A DNA stretch of 63,887 nt, filler included, from Reclinomonas americana ATCC 50394 (lineage: Eukaryota): assembly GCA_048213135.1 (NCBI GenBank). It is 7 parts of 6 records of this genome, joined end to end, with 100 filler letters (N's around TTAATTAATTAA, not from the genome) between each part and the next. Parts side by side here need not be neighbours in the genome. Positions count along the whole stretch, not along the records: positions 49,029 to 54,979 come from PS015491.1; positions 55,080 to 62,034 come from PS015492.1; positions 62,135 to 63,887 come from PS015495.1; 4 more parts are not named here. One strand, 5' to 3'. The position numbers and the translations under genes are program-made. Positions within the stretch are counted from its first letter, which is position 1; each line of letters opens with the position of its first letter. Positions 49,091 through 62,479 of this stretch are shown here, in pieces. The notes beneath the pieces were generated by a model. That model had not been told where the DNA came from, did not search any database, and saw nothing but the letters and a program-made list of their open reading frames with translations.

Positions 49091-49455
49091 TCCTCGTCAC
49101 AGTCTCCAGGGCATTGACGCACTTCAAGACAGAGCACGAGCCACTGGCCCGGAATCCACCAGGTCGCGACTCCACGTGAGAGGCGTGCAGGACAGCGTCG
49201 GGCCCCAGTGCACTGGTCACCAAGTCGACAATGAGGGCTGCGACTGCACCACCGCTCACCACCGCCGGCAACTGCAGAAGCGGCGTGGCAGTGTATCGCC
49301 GATCCTGCAGATTGTCTTGCAGAGCGGCCACGAACTGCAAACGGATGGTGAGTGTGGGTAGGGGAAGATGTCGTCGGCAATATGCAGCACACACACACAG
49401 ACCTTGGTCGCCTCCGTGGCTTTGGGGGCACCTGTGTTGGCGACCACTGGTGTGG
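49091..49455 (-). CDS. Two exons, probably of the same large secreted protein, on a mis-oriented contig
   Basis: TPVVANTGAPKATEATK|FVAALQDN..ETVTRK| with canonical splice sites, bounded by gaps. Confidence 0.5.
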
Positions 49456-50057
49456 NNNNNNNNNNNNNNNNNNNNNNNNNNNNNNNNNNNNNNNNNNNNN
49501 NNNNNNNNNNNNNNNNNNNNNNNNNNNNNNNNNNNNNNNNNNNNNNNNNNNNNNNNNNNNNNNNNNNNNNNNNNNNNNNNNNNNNNNNNNNNNNNNNNNN
49601 NNNNNNNNNNNNNNNNNNNNNNNNNNNNNNNNNNNNNNNNNNNNNNNNNNNNNNNNNNNNNNNNNNNNNNNNNNNNNNNNNNNNNNNNNNNNNNNNNNNN
49701 NNNNNNNNNNNNNNNNNNNNNNNNNNNNNNNNNNNNNNNNNNNNNNNNNNNNNNNNNNNNNNNNNNNNNNNNNNNNNNNNNNNNNNNNNNNNNNNNNNNN
49801 NNNNNNNNNNNNNNNNNNNNNNNNNNNNNNNNNNNNNNNNNNNNNNNNNNNNNNNNNNNNNNNNNNNNNNNNNNNNNNNNNNNNNNNNNNNNNNNNNNNN
49901 NNNNNNNNNNNNNNNNNNNNNNNNNNNNNNNNNNNNNNNNNNNNNNNNNNNNNNNNNNNNNNNNNNNNNNNNNNNNNNNNNNNNNNNNNNNNNNNNNNNN
50001 NNNNNNNNNNNNNNNNNNNNNNNNNNNNNNNNNNNNNNNNNNNNNNNNNNNNNNNNN

Positions 50058-53000
50058 TGGCCAACAGGTTCCCGGCACCGCCGATTTGCGTGCTGCTGGT
50101 GGCGGCCGACGACAAGGGCGGTGTTGCGTGGACGCTGGAGATCATTCCGCGCGCCCGTCTCACACGCCCGCAAGACTATGCCAGCCTCCAACTGCCGCCT
50201 GCGGTGCTCACTCGATGGCCGTGGCTGACCAAGCTGTTCAGCACGCTGACTCCGCGCGGAAGAGTTGTGTGTGTGTGTGTGTGAACGAGTCTGTTGAGCA
50301 TGGTGCGACAAAGATCACTCAACTGTGCGCCAACACCACCAGATCTCGTTGGTTGCCTCCACATGCACGCGCAATCAGCTGCTTGCCGATCAGGTGGTGC
50401 AGCCGGGCTTCAATGTGTTTGCCGAAGTGACCCCCGGCGACATCCTCTTTGGTCTGAGTGATACGCTGCGCGACGTGCGATCGCTGCTGAACACGGCACT
50501 GCCGCGGCGAATGGTGGTACATGTGCGCCTGCCAGTGATGAAGCCGTCGACGGCGGTAGCAGACAGCGCGCTGCAGCAAGCCGAATTCAAGCTCATCTCC
50601 GACGCCATCTTCACTGTGCCCTTTTTGATGGCCGACGGCGCGTCAGCAGCGGTAAGCATTGCAGCGCGTGTACAGCCGCTGCTCGCCTCGTCTCACCAGC
50701 TTGTGCAGAGTGGCGACGGTCTCCACCTGCATGGCTTCCGTCTGGTGCTTGTGGACGATGCACTGTCGAAGATTGGCAGCATCACTGCGGCCGGTGTGCT
50801 GGCACTGCCCGGCGCGTACGAGTTGTTGGCCGACACATTTTCGACCAAGTGGACGCTGGATAAGAAGCTGAACCAGTTTGTCGTGCGCGGCGAACTCAGT
50901 CACTGTCAGTGGAACCAAGTTCTTGGCATCAGCAACATTTCCATGCGACAAGTTGCGTCCTTTTCTTCTTTGCTCTTTACCCGCCGATGCTTACCAAGTA
51001 TGCGCTCGGCAGGTGGAGCTTACGGTCGGTGTGGCCATTGCGCCAAAGACACTGACGATGGCCGTCAACTCGGTGCACGTCTGTGGCGCCGTCTCGTTTG
51101 GCGATCTCGGCACCCTCAGCGCCTGTGTGCAGCCGAACAAACAGTGGAGCGGTGTGGTGCTGACAACGCAGCTGGCGGAGGGGTCGCCAGACTGCGAACC
51201 GGCCGCCGCCATCATTGCCGGTGGTCCACTGTCGCAGGTGGTCAGTGCACCCATGGTCACCCACATGTCGATTGCGTCGTTTGAGCGCACGATGCACGAC
51301 ATTCGGATTCCGCCGGTTGCGTCGTCGCTTCTCCTTGCAGTCCCTACTTTCTTTTTTCCAGTGACCGAACTTTCCGTGCAGGGTCTCTACGTGGAATTCA
51401 AGGGCATCGTGGCCGGTTCAGCCGCGGAGGTCATCAAGCTCACTGGCGACGTGGCTGCCGACACACCGTGGTCGTTCCTGGTGTCGGTGCCGATGCAAGA
51501 GGTGTCGGATTCGCTTACGATTCGCATGGCGCTGCACGATCGCTCGCTCGCCGTGTCGCCCAAGGTATTGTCAACGATTGTGAGAATGCTGCATCCTCTC
51601 ACACGTGACTGACTTTAATTGGCCAAGGTTTCGCTTGTTTCGCCCCGATTCACCATGACGGTGTCGCGCGGTTTTGCGCTGGACATGCGGATGACCACCA
51701 TGTCGGAGTTGACCATTGTGCTGCCCGACCAGAAATTGGTGGCGCCAGTGACTGGCGAGTACCGTCGCGGCGTGTTGCATCTCGAGGGGTTTGTGTTCTA
51801 GCGTCGTTGTTGCGAAGCAACCGTGTGATCTCACTCTTTCCCGATTTTCCACAGACCTCTCTTGGCTCCGTGGACCAATGTGTTTTCGCAGCCGATCATG
51901 ATTTTCCGCGACGCCAAGGTCGCGCTCACGATCCGTGTGACGGATGCGGTGGCTGGCCGGTCGCTCTCTTCGGCCGACAAGGGAAAAGCCGCCGCGGCAC
52001 CAGCCACGGGCGCGGCGGCCGCCAAGCGCTTCGACATGGTGGCTGTGGACGGTACACTCGTCATCTTGGACGACAAGAAGGCTGTCGTGCAGACACTCGA
52101 TCTGCGCGGCAGAATCTTTGGCGACGATTTGTCTCGCGTGTGGCTCGAGGGAGAGTACTCGTCCAAGCAGGTTGCCGCCTCCATGTGGCCCACCATCGGT
52201 CAGTCCGCTTGTTGCTGTCGTGTGTGTGTTTGATGGTCACAGTCCCTGACTGTGAAGCAGGAACGGTCTTCCGCGCTTCGTTGGTGCATGTGGGCCTCTC
52301 CAGTGGAGATGTGGACTGGTCCGTTGCGCGGCGGCGTCTCGAGTGCCACCTGGGCGCATGTGTGTTCGCCTCACCGGCCTCGCTCGGCTCCGGGCCGGTG
52401 AGCGTTCTCGGCTCCATTTTCGGGCGCGATGCCGCCAAGGGCTGGAGCGTGCACGCGCATTTGACGCCCGAAGGTGCCGCAACGGTGCACATGGAGCACG
52501 CCGTGGCCATTGCGCCTGCCGACATGCCACTGGTGGTGCCGTCGGCGAGCATTGATGTGGCGGCTGGCGGTGCGTTGTTCTCATTGTCGTGATGTAGTGC
52601 AGTATTTAATTCCTCACTCGGTGTCGATGCAGGAACGCCAACGTTGCGTGCCGTGTTGCGCTTCATCGCCAGCAAGCCGTCGTGCCATGTGGCAGTGGAG
52701 GCTCCTCTGACTGGCAAGCCGGTGTGTAACATTCATGCGTACATCACAGCGTTTTTCCCTCTGTCATATCTCTGATTCTTGTGCACGTGTCGACGCAGGT
52801 GATCCTGTTCTCTGGCTCACTGCAAGAACCATGCACCGACATGTTTGGTCTGCGCGGGATTTCCATCTCGACGGCAAAAGTCAAGGTACATTCCTGCGCT
52901 TACTTGTGTGTGTGTGTGGGACGGCGAGTTGTGCTGACGCACTTGCACTCTCGTGCCAGGGCGAGTTCGACTCTCGACAAAAGCTCGTCGCCAACCGCCT

Positions 53001-54749
53001 CGGGCCAGTCACGCNNNNNNNNNNNNNNNNNNNNNNNNNNNNNNNNNNNNNNNNNNNNNNNNNNNNNNNNNNNNNNNNNNNNNNNNNNNNNNNNNNNNNN
53101 NNNNACTGGTGTGCTGGCCAACAAGTCGTACTACGATGTGAATCAGCGGCCGGTGGTGGCCGGCGCGCTCAACGTGTACGGCACCATTACCGCGCAGGCA
53201 CAACTGCGGACATTGTTGCGTACCACTATCCGAAACCCCCTGTTGACATCCGTCTCACGCCACTCTCCCCACAGGCTGCAGGCTCTTGGCGTGCCTTCGA
53301 ATCCTGCCCCGCCAGCCGACTTGCGTGCCGTGATGGCCCTCGACGATATCGGCGGCTTCACTGCGACAGTGTCGTACACACAGGCCAATGCCACCAGCGT
53401 GCTGCCGGCGGAGCCGCAGAGGGCCATCTTGGTGTTGCAGTCGTTGCAAATGAAGGTCGAGGGCGACATGCTGGCCGAGTCGCCAGCGTCGACCGACATC
53501 AAGGCGGAGCTGTCGGTGCGTGCGCTGCTGTTGCACAAAGAGAGACTATATTTTTTCTCACAATGTGGCCTGCACAGATCTTCTTGCCTCGCACCGTGGC
53601 CCCCCTGCGTGTGTCGACCAGCGGCGCATTGGATTTGCAAGATGGCACTTTTTCGGCAACACTGGAAGGTCTCGCGGTGCCTGCGCATTCTGGGTAATCT
53701 GCCCGTCTCTATGCTCACACACTTCTTGTGCGCACAGGTTCGGCGGTCAGATCGTCGGTGGAAAACGTGTTTGGCATTGCCGGTGTGGAGCTGCTGTCGC
53801 CCGGCATCTCGCTGGGAGTGGAACTGCCTCGCGGGCTGGCCAATTTGCTGCTGACTGGTGTCATTACTCTGTCGGCGAGCATGCCGGTGCCACTGGTGGG
53901 CGAGGCACAGCCGGACTTGCAACATGCGTACCTCTCGACGCAGTTGCCGCGCCTCGCCTTGGTCACCATTGTCGACTTTGTCAGCAAGTCCAGCAAGCTG
54001 CCGCTTGCGCGCCAGGCCGCGCCGGCCTGGCAGCTGTCGTCTGTGACCTTCACGTTGGCGCCACAAGACGGGTGCATCGACTCACTGTGCCACAAGAGCG
54101 GGTATGTGTGTGTGGGAGGGAGGGTGGAAAGGCTGGCTTGTCGGCGTCGCTGAAAATGATGTGCGCGCTGTGTGCAGAGTGACGATCGCCGGCATCATGG
54201 TGCTCTTTAAGGACTTGTCGTTCGACTGCGTCATGCGAGGGCAGTGGTCGAAGCTCGAGCAGAGCAAGTACGACTTGACTGTGTCGTTGTCACTGGCCAG
54301 CAACTCCATCGAAGACGTGCGCTCACTGGCCATTGCCCGTGCCGTGTACCTCGACCTCGACTCGATCCTCGACCTGACGTTCTCCGAGGTCCGCGTGGCC
54401 GACTTTTCACTGCGCGAGCTGCTCGACAGCAAGGGCACGTTGCGGACGAGTGTCACCGGGCGTGTCAAAGTCAAGGTGTGTGTGCGCGCGCTTTGTTTTA
54501 ATTGTTACTTGCGTCGAGAAGCTCATCGGGTGGATGCAGTACGGCACCGCGGCGAACTGGGTATGGAAGGAGCACCCGTTTGTCGTGAAGCTGTCGGTGA
54601 GCCGGCTGACGGGTCCTCCGGAAGTGGTCGTCGACGCACTGCTCAAGAAGCTGGTGGCCGAACTGGTGGCCGAGTCCAAGACCTCTGCACCTGCGGTCCC
54701 TGCGATCGCCACACCCGCAACCGCCGCTACCACGCCCACCAAGAAGTAA
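50058..54749 (+). CDS. Large beta-strand-rich repeat protein, C-terminal part
   Basis: More than 12 spliceable exons, a recurring W/C/V-x-N/D-V-F-G-I/L motif, and stop at ..ATTPTKK*. Confidence 0.7.
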
Positions 54750-55258
54750 AGTCACTGTTGCATGATAAAGAAGTTAAAGGAGTTGGGAATTTGTTGTTTC
54801 TTTCGCATTCGCATTCTAGTGAAGCCACTGGCGCATAATCATTGAGTTGGGAATTGATGTTTCTTTCATTCGCACTCGCAACCATTGCGCGCACGCACAC
54901 ACACACACACACACACAATCACACACACTCGGATAAATTATCCCCACGGTGACGACCACCAACATCGCCACCACAAACANNNNNNNNNNNNNNNNNNNNN
55001 NNNNNNNNNNNNNNNNNNNNNNNTTAATTAATTAANNNNNNNNNNNNNNNNNNNNNNNNNNNNNNNNNNNNNNNNNNNNTGCCGGCGCGGGAGGGAGAGG
55101 TGGAGAGGTGGAGAGAGGGAGAGAGAGGGAGGGAGCAAAGCAGTGGTGAGCGTCAAAAAGTGAGGGGGGGGGCACAAAAAAAGTGTGCATGTGCATCTGC
55201 ACGGAATATGCCGACTCCAGACACAACAAAAAAAGAAAGAAAGAACATGCAGAGCGAC

Positions 55259-55291
<33 letters not shown>

Positions 55292-55297
55292 ACAAAC

Positions 55298-55306
55298 CTT
55301 GCCCAT
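55298..55306 (-). CDS. Micro first exon (Met-Gly-Lys) of a gene truncated by the spacer
   Basis: aacaatcATGGGCAAG followed by a GTTTGT donor and a CT-rich intron. Identity unknown. Confidence 0.4.
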
Positions 55307-55700
55307 GATTATTGGTGAGAGAGTTGAGAGTGGTGTGTGTTTGAAAGAAAGCGAAAAACGAGAAGCTCTTGGCGTGCTGCTCGTGTGTTGGATAACTGAA
55401 TCGACGATCTGGTCCAATCGACGGCAATCCGGAATATTCTTTCGCGGCGCTCGGGGGAAATAAGAAAATTGGCTCAAATGGGGTGGCGATGTGGAATGCA
55501 GAAAGTCGAGGAGCAGGTGAATAGCATGTGGTGAGGCGAAAAAGGCCAAGCGCTTTGTAAATCCGACGAAACGTCACAAATTGTGGACGTCGCAATGGAC
55601 GCGCGCTCCGCTTCGACGGGAGGCTCCAGCGTGGTAGCGTGTGATGAGCGAGGTTGTGTGCAAGTGCCTGCATGGGCAGCGTCGGACGCCTTGAAGGTGC

Positions 55701-58700
55701 ATGGACGCTGCCATTTCCGAAAACACGAACAAACGTCGAACGTTCAACAGATTATTTAGGACACACGCGTGCTCCGTCAGCACAATGAAACGCGCAGAGC
55801 CGGGGCGACCGCAATCAGGTGTGCCTCTCGCACACACACGCACACACACGCACACACACACATCGCAAGTGAGAGAATCAAGCCACTCACTCCTTTTCTC
55901 GCGTGCCACACACAGCGGCTCGTCATCGGATATACACTGTCTCCGCCGCCGACGGTGATCCACAGTCTCCTCCCGCCACTCACCGACCAACGGAACAGGA
56001 GGCACAGGCAGAGAAGGCAGAGGCAGAGGGATTGAGTGATGATGATATCGACATCGGACAGCACCCGTATTCTGACGATGACGATGGTGACGATGATCGT
56101 GGAGATTATGATGAGATGGCGGGCGTGTTGGCCACTCCGGCGGGAGCCTATCGCTACTATGATCAGTCGTCTTTAACGGATGATGATGAGGAGGAGGAGG
56201 AGGAGGATGATGACAGAGTGGTGATGCAACAGAGGAGGAGTGCGTCGGCCATGGAGATGCGGAGGCGACCGTCGGCCACGCGGGAGATCACCCATCCGAA
56301 TGCCAATGCCATTTTGCAGATTGTTAGCACGGCGGAGAAGCCGTATATGTTGCGTGGTGACGGGAAAGGGGGGGGGGCGGGGGAGAAGAAGGGGAGAAGG
56401 AGGGGAAATGGTGGGGAGGGGAAGGGGAAGGGAGGGAGAGGAGAAGGAAAGGGTGGAGAGGGAAAGGGAGAGCGAGAGAGAAGCTGTCGCTCGTACATGC
56501 TCAAGAGCATTTTAGTCTGACGCTGCCTCGTTGAGTGTTTTGTCGTCTTCGATTTCTTCGTTTCTCACACAAGAAGAGAGAAGTCAGTGGGGATCGAGGT
56601 GAGAGAGGGAAGCGGGCGGCATGAAGTGCTTTCCAGACTCTCTCTGTCTCGCTCAGGAACCCTTGAAAGTGACGCTGCCTCGACGGGGGGGTTTTTGTCG
56701 TCTTCGATGTCTTCTTTCCTCGCACACACGTACACAAAAGGGAGATCAGCAGAGTTCACACAAAGAGGGCGTCGAGGAAGAAGAAAAAGAAGGGCAGAAG
56801 CTGATGGTTGCGTGAAGAGAGATCAAGAGTATGTGCGTGGGGAGGGGGAAAGGCAAATGAGAGAGCAGAAGTACACAGAGAAATCAAAAGGTTCTCCGGA
56901 GGAGAGAGAGAGAGAAGACGAAGAGGAGGATAAAAGAAGAAGGGCAGTGAGATCAAGATTGTGTGTGGGGGGAGAAGAACAGAAGTGTGCAGAGCAGGTT
57001 CTCGGGAGGGGAGTGAGGAGACGCTGCACAACATGTGGATGTGAGTGCTTGGGAGACAGTGAGTGAGTACGAAAGAGGAATGTAAGGATGTGAAGTGACG
57101 AGCGAGAGACTTCGGTGGCAATCGGGAAAGTAAGAAGATACGGATGGAGTTGTGGTGTGAGTACAATGAGCGGTGCAAGCAGTCGAGTTGGGCATGAAGG
57201 AAGAGATGAGTGAGGAAAGAGGATTTGTGACTGAAGGAGGAGGAAGAACAAGAGAACGCACGGAAGGAAGGAAGTGGGATACCTGCCACGAAAGGAGGCG
57301 TGATTGACAGCGGCAGGGGAGCGAGGCAGCGAGAGGATTAGAGCACGAGTGCTGACTGTGGATTATGTTGTCTATCCTCCTCGCATCTCTGCTGACTTTG
57401 ACATGAACCCGCAGCCCCCCTCCTGAACCCGTCGCCCGTTTGTCGCCCACGGAGACAAAACGATCGCTGATGATGTCTCTGGTGCCGGGCGGCGTGCGCT
57501 CGCTCACCGACATTCTCTCACGGTGCGCTTTCCACCCCACACACCCCACGTTAGCTCCGCGCTGCTCCCTCATTCACACACTCGCGCAGCTATGTGCGCT
57601 CCGGCTCCACGCCTGATTTGACGGTCCGCACTGCGCGTGGACCACAGAGTGCGCGCACGGCTCCCGACGACGGCGACGACTCGATGCACTCACAGGTGGC
57701 CACGCCCGCCACTGCTCGTCCCGCCAGCGCCAGACCGGCCAGCGCACGTCCCGCGTCGGCAGCCTCTGTGACTCGCCGCAAGTTTGACGATCGGGACGAG
57801 ACGCCGGCCAGACCACGTTGCGTGCACAGCCCCTCTTGAGTGTCAGTACTTTCCGCTCATGGTTTTTGTGCGCCACGCAGCGGTGTGGAAGAGACCCGCC
57901 AGTGCGCCGGTGCGACAGGTGCCGCGCAAGGAGAAGAAACCACCGCCACCGTTCGGCACCGCCACTGTGCGCTCGTTCCAGCGCGANNNNNNNNNNNNNN
58001 NNNNNNNNNNNNNNNNNNNNNNNNNNNNNNNNNNNNNNNNNNNNNNNNNNNNNNNNNNNNNNNNNNNNNNNNNNNNNNNNNNNNNNNNNNNNNNNNNNNN
58101 NNNNNNNNNNNNNNNNNNNNNNNNNNNNNNNNNNNNNNNNNNNNNNNNNNNNNNNNNNNNNNNNNNNNNNNNNNNNNNNNNNNNNNNNNNNNNNNNNNNN
58201 NNNNNNNNNNNNNNNNNNNNNNNNNNNNNNNNNNNNNNNNNNNNNNNNNNNNNNNNNNNNNNNNNNNNNNNNNNNNNNNNNNNNNNNNNNNNNNNNNNNN
58301 NNNNNNNNNNNNNNNNNNNNNNNNNNNNNNNNNNNNNNNNNNNNNNNNNNNNNNNNNNNNNNNNNNNNNNNNNNNNNNNNNNNNNNNNNNNNNNNNNNNN
58401 NNNNNNNNNNNNNNNNNNNNNNNNNNNNNNNNNNNNNNNNNNNNNNNNNNNNNNNNNNNNNNNNNNNNNNNNNNNNNNNNNNNNNNNNNNNNNNNNNNNN
58501 NNNNNNNNNNNNNNNNNNNNNNNNNNNNNNNNNNNNNNNNNNNNNNNNNNNNNNNNNNNNNNNNNNNNNNNNNNNNNNNNNNNNNNNNNNNNNNNNNNNN
58601 NNNNNNNNCGATTGGTGACAAGGATGATTTTTTTTATTGTGTACACTTACGTTGGAGCACACAGAAATCGCTCTCGCGCATCGGTTTTGGCAGCAGCCTG

Positions 58701-59741
58701 CACAACAATCACAATATTCCCACGGAAAGACCGCCATGCAGTCGCATCTCGTATGTGGAGGTGAGAGGGACGAGGGCGGTGGCATGTGTGTGAAGAAGGA
58801 ACCTGAACAGCAATGGGATGGGCACGCACAGATTTTCAAGGAGCCGACGCTGAAGGAGACCATCATGGTGCGTTCCTCGCGCTGCTTGCTCTTCGAACGT
58901 CCTCAATCCTCGTGCTCACATACACACAACAGTGGCCGGCTCCGACCGTCGCCTTTGGTAGCACCACCCCACGACTGGCCGACGCCACATTACCCGTGTA
59001 CACCCCGCGAATCGGCTACGACATCAAGGAACCGAGCAAGCCCACGGTTCGTCCATTCGTCCGCACGCGCACATGCTCCCGTCCTGTCTGCTCACCCTCT
59101 CCACACAGTCGGTCAAGAGACCACCCTTCAACTCGACCGCGCACAATGGTCGCGGTCAAGTCAAGGAGAGTCAGCGAACATTCCGCTTGTCGCGATGGCG
59201 CAAGGTTGGTAAAGGAGAAGGAGAAGGAGAAGGCGGAGGAGGGAAAGAAGGGAAGAAGAAGGGAAAGGGGAAGGGAAAGGGGAAGTGGGAGGAGAAGAGA
59301 AAAGAGAAAGGAGGAGGAAGACGAGATGGATGAAAAGAGTGGAAGGGGGAGAAGATTGAGAAATAATGGAGAGATAATGATAAGTGCGAACAAGAGAAGA
59401 ACGAGAAGACGTAGTGGTTCAAGAACAAGGAGAAGAAGGAGGGAAGGCGAAAATGAAGAAGAAGAAGAAGAAGAAGAGGAGGAGGAGGAGGAAGAGGAAC
59501 TAGGTGGGGGTGGAGCAGGAGAACGAGCAACAAGAAGAACAAGAAGGATAAGGAGAAAGGAGAAAAAGACAAGAAAGACAAGAAACATGTAGGATGAGCC
59601 GGTGCAGGAGCAGCAGCAGGAGGAGCGAATGAGAAGGATTAGGAGAAGAAGCATTCCCCCTTACTAATCGCCGCCTCTTCTTGACAGAAACCCGACGATC
59701 CACAAGAGCAACTAGCATCGGATGATCACATTGTCGACTAA
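55701..59741 (+). CDS. Uncharacterised low-complexity protein, possibly ciliary (RPASA repeats, P-F-G/N-S-T motifs)
   Basis: Exons with RPASARPASARPASA, PPPFGTAT, VAFGSTTPR, KRPPFNSTA. Contains an N gap. Confidence 0.5.
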
Positions 59742-59798
59742 GTGGACTTCGTCAAATCAATGAAATCTTATCACCTTTAGTTTTTTTTTGCTGTGATC

Positions 59799-60180
59799 AT
59801 GCGACGACAACTGGTGTCTCCCTCTTCCTCCTCCTCCTCCACTTGCTCCTCTGCATCACGGTCACCTCCCTTTTCTCCGGCCTCCTCCAGTATCTCGCGA
59901 GTGGGCGACAGCAGTGGTGGACTTGCTCTCGCGCATGATGTGCTGGCCACTGTGTTCTCGTTTGTCACACTCGAGGCACTGTGCACGCAAGTCTCAGTGG
60001 TGTGCTCTGATTGGCATCAGTGTGCGCAAGTTGAGGAAGGGGAGGGGAGAGGGAAGAGGGAAAGAGAGAAAGAGAGAGGGCGGGAGGGTGGAGTGAGTGT
60101 GTGTAGAGAGGTGTGTAAGGATAGGCGATAAGACTATGCGCGCTTAATGTCAACAAGGCGACAACTTAGGCGCCAGTGTA

Positions 60181-60268
<88 letters not shown>

Positions 60269-62001
60269 GACGACGTACGTACGTACGTANNNNNNNNNNN
60301 NNNNNNNNNNNNNNNNNNNNNNNNNNNNNNNNNNNNNNNNNNNNNNNNNNNNNNNNNNNNNNNNNNNNNNNNNNNNNNNNNNNNNNNNNNNNNNNNNNNN
60401 NNNNNNNNNNNNNNNNNNNNNNNNNNNNNNNNNNNNNNNNNNNNNNNNNNNNNNNNNNNNNNNNNNNNNNNNNNNNNNNNNNNNNNNNNNNNNNNNNNNN
60501 NNNNNNNNNNNNNNNNNNNNNNNNNNNNNNNNNNNNNNNNNNNNNNNNNNNNNNNNNNNNNNNNNNNNNNNNNNNNNNNNNNNNNNNNNNNNNNNNNNNN
60601 NNNNNNNNNNNNNNNNNNGAGAGAGAGAGAGAGAGAGAGGAGAAGAGAGTGAGACATTCAGTTCGGAGCAAGAGAGTGAGAGAAGAGAGAAGCACGACCA
60701 AAGAGTTTGCTGCAATCCAGTGTGATCTCCCGCTGCCCTATTTTGTTTCTCACACATTACTGTGTCGGTGCGCACTACTGGAGAGAACACTCTCTCTCCT
60801 TCTCACACACCTTCTCCTCTATCTACAGCGGCCAAATCGGCTTCTGGAATACATCGTCGGGCGAGTTGGTGCAGCATGTTCAGCTGTCAGCTGAGGACTT
60901 TCCTCCCGGATTCCGTCAGTCCAGGTTTGCTCTTTTTTTCCCTTCCATTCTGCCGGGTGCGAACTTTGCCTCACTCGCTGCACCGGCAGAGTACGCCGAC
61001 AAGAGAGCAAGACGCTGCCACAAATCTGTTTTGAGCGACACTCGGCATTCGTGCTGTACGATGGACACGTCGTGCAGGTGGACATGAATACCATGCAGCT
61101 GGTTGGCGTGTACGCCGTGCCCTTGTTGCGTCGACCAGTATGCTGATATGAGAAAATCGAACCACCTGACCGTGCTCGGCAGTGTGATGACGCGGGCGAT
61201 TGCCTTGTCGGTGGCCAACGGTGTGGCTGTCGTCGAATCGGACTCGGATCTGTGCGGTCGCATCACTGCAGTTGCGCGTTTCAGCGCATTGTTGTTTTTC
61301 GAATGCGTTCACGCTGCTGACCTACTGCACGAGTGCAGATCGACGTTCTTCGCCAGCCCGGTCACGTGCTGTGGACGATTGATGCGGCGTATCCGAGCAC
61401 CACTGGCATGATGCGTGTGCCACGGCACTGCATCTCGACCTCGAGCAACATGCTGTACTTGGCCGGTGCCACTGGATCCACCATGTCGCAGACTGGCATT
61501 GTGTTTGTGGACTTGATGAGCGGCAAGAAGGTGAGCAAGAACATGGCGTGTGCTTCTGCCTCACAATTTTTGCCGTCTCCTGACCAAGTCGCCCGCAGCT
61601 CCACAGCATGCGCTTTCCGAAGCCAGAGGCCGGTCGCAAGGAGATTTTTGGCTCGCCGTTGCTGATCAATGAGCGCCACCTCGGTGAGTGTTTGTTGTGG
61701 TTGTCAATCTGCAAGTGCCTTTTTTCGCGCTGATTTTGATTCCTTCGCGCGACACAATAGTGGTGGTGCGACACAGCTTGGTACGTGATGCATTGAGAGT
61801 GTGTGGTGTCGTGCCGCACTTCTCACTGAGTGGTTGCAGGCGTCGGATTCGGAGTTTGTTGTCAGCAACCAAGCGTTTGTGATCGACACTGAGTCGCGCA
61901 CCACACTGTACGGCTTGCCGATGATGGGCGTGGTCCGGCAGCCGCATGGTTGGTCTCTCTGCGGATGCTCGAGTGCTCCCCTCCAACAGCTGTCTCAATA
62001 A
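59799..62001 (+). CDS. F-box protein with a divergent beta-propeller-like C-terminus
   Basis: LALAHDVLATVFSFVTLEALCTQVSVVCSDWHQCA (F-box), then GQIGFWNTSSGELVQ and GIVFVDLMSGK. Confidence 0.7.
60197..60266. repeat. (GA)n microsatellite
   Basis: Directly visible. Confidence 0.95.
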
Positions 62002-62003
62002 TG

Positions 62004-62034
<31 letters not shown>

Positions 62035-62479
62035 NNNNNNNNNNNNNNNNNNNNNNNNNNNNNNNNNNNNNNNNNNNNTTAATTAATTAANNNNNNNNNN
62101 NNNNNNNNNNNNNNNNNNNNNNNNNNNNNNNNNNAAGGAACAGGGGGAAGGAGAAGGGGGAAGTCGGAGTGGCAATGTAGAAGGAGTGGGGATACAGGAT
62201 GTGGGAAGAGGGAAAGGAGGAATCACTCAGTGAACAAAGAGGGAGTGAGGAAAGCAGGAACATGGGAATGACTGACGAAAGAAGACAAACATGTAAACAC
62301 AGATAATGAGAATGAGAGGAGAAGGGGGGAAATGAGAAGAACGCCGAGACAAGCCCGCAAACGAGAGACGCTTTCTCTCTATCTTGACCTTTGACCTTGG
62401 GACAGAGAGAGCATCTGGTCCCCCTCATGTCACGCAATGAAGAGGAAATCGGGAATCCGAAAGAAGCATGAAGAGACTT

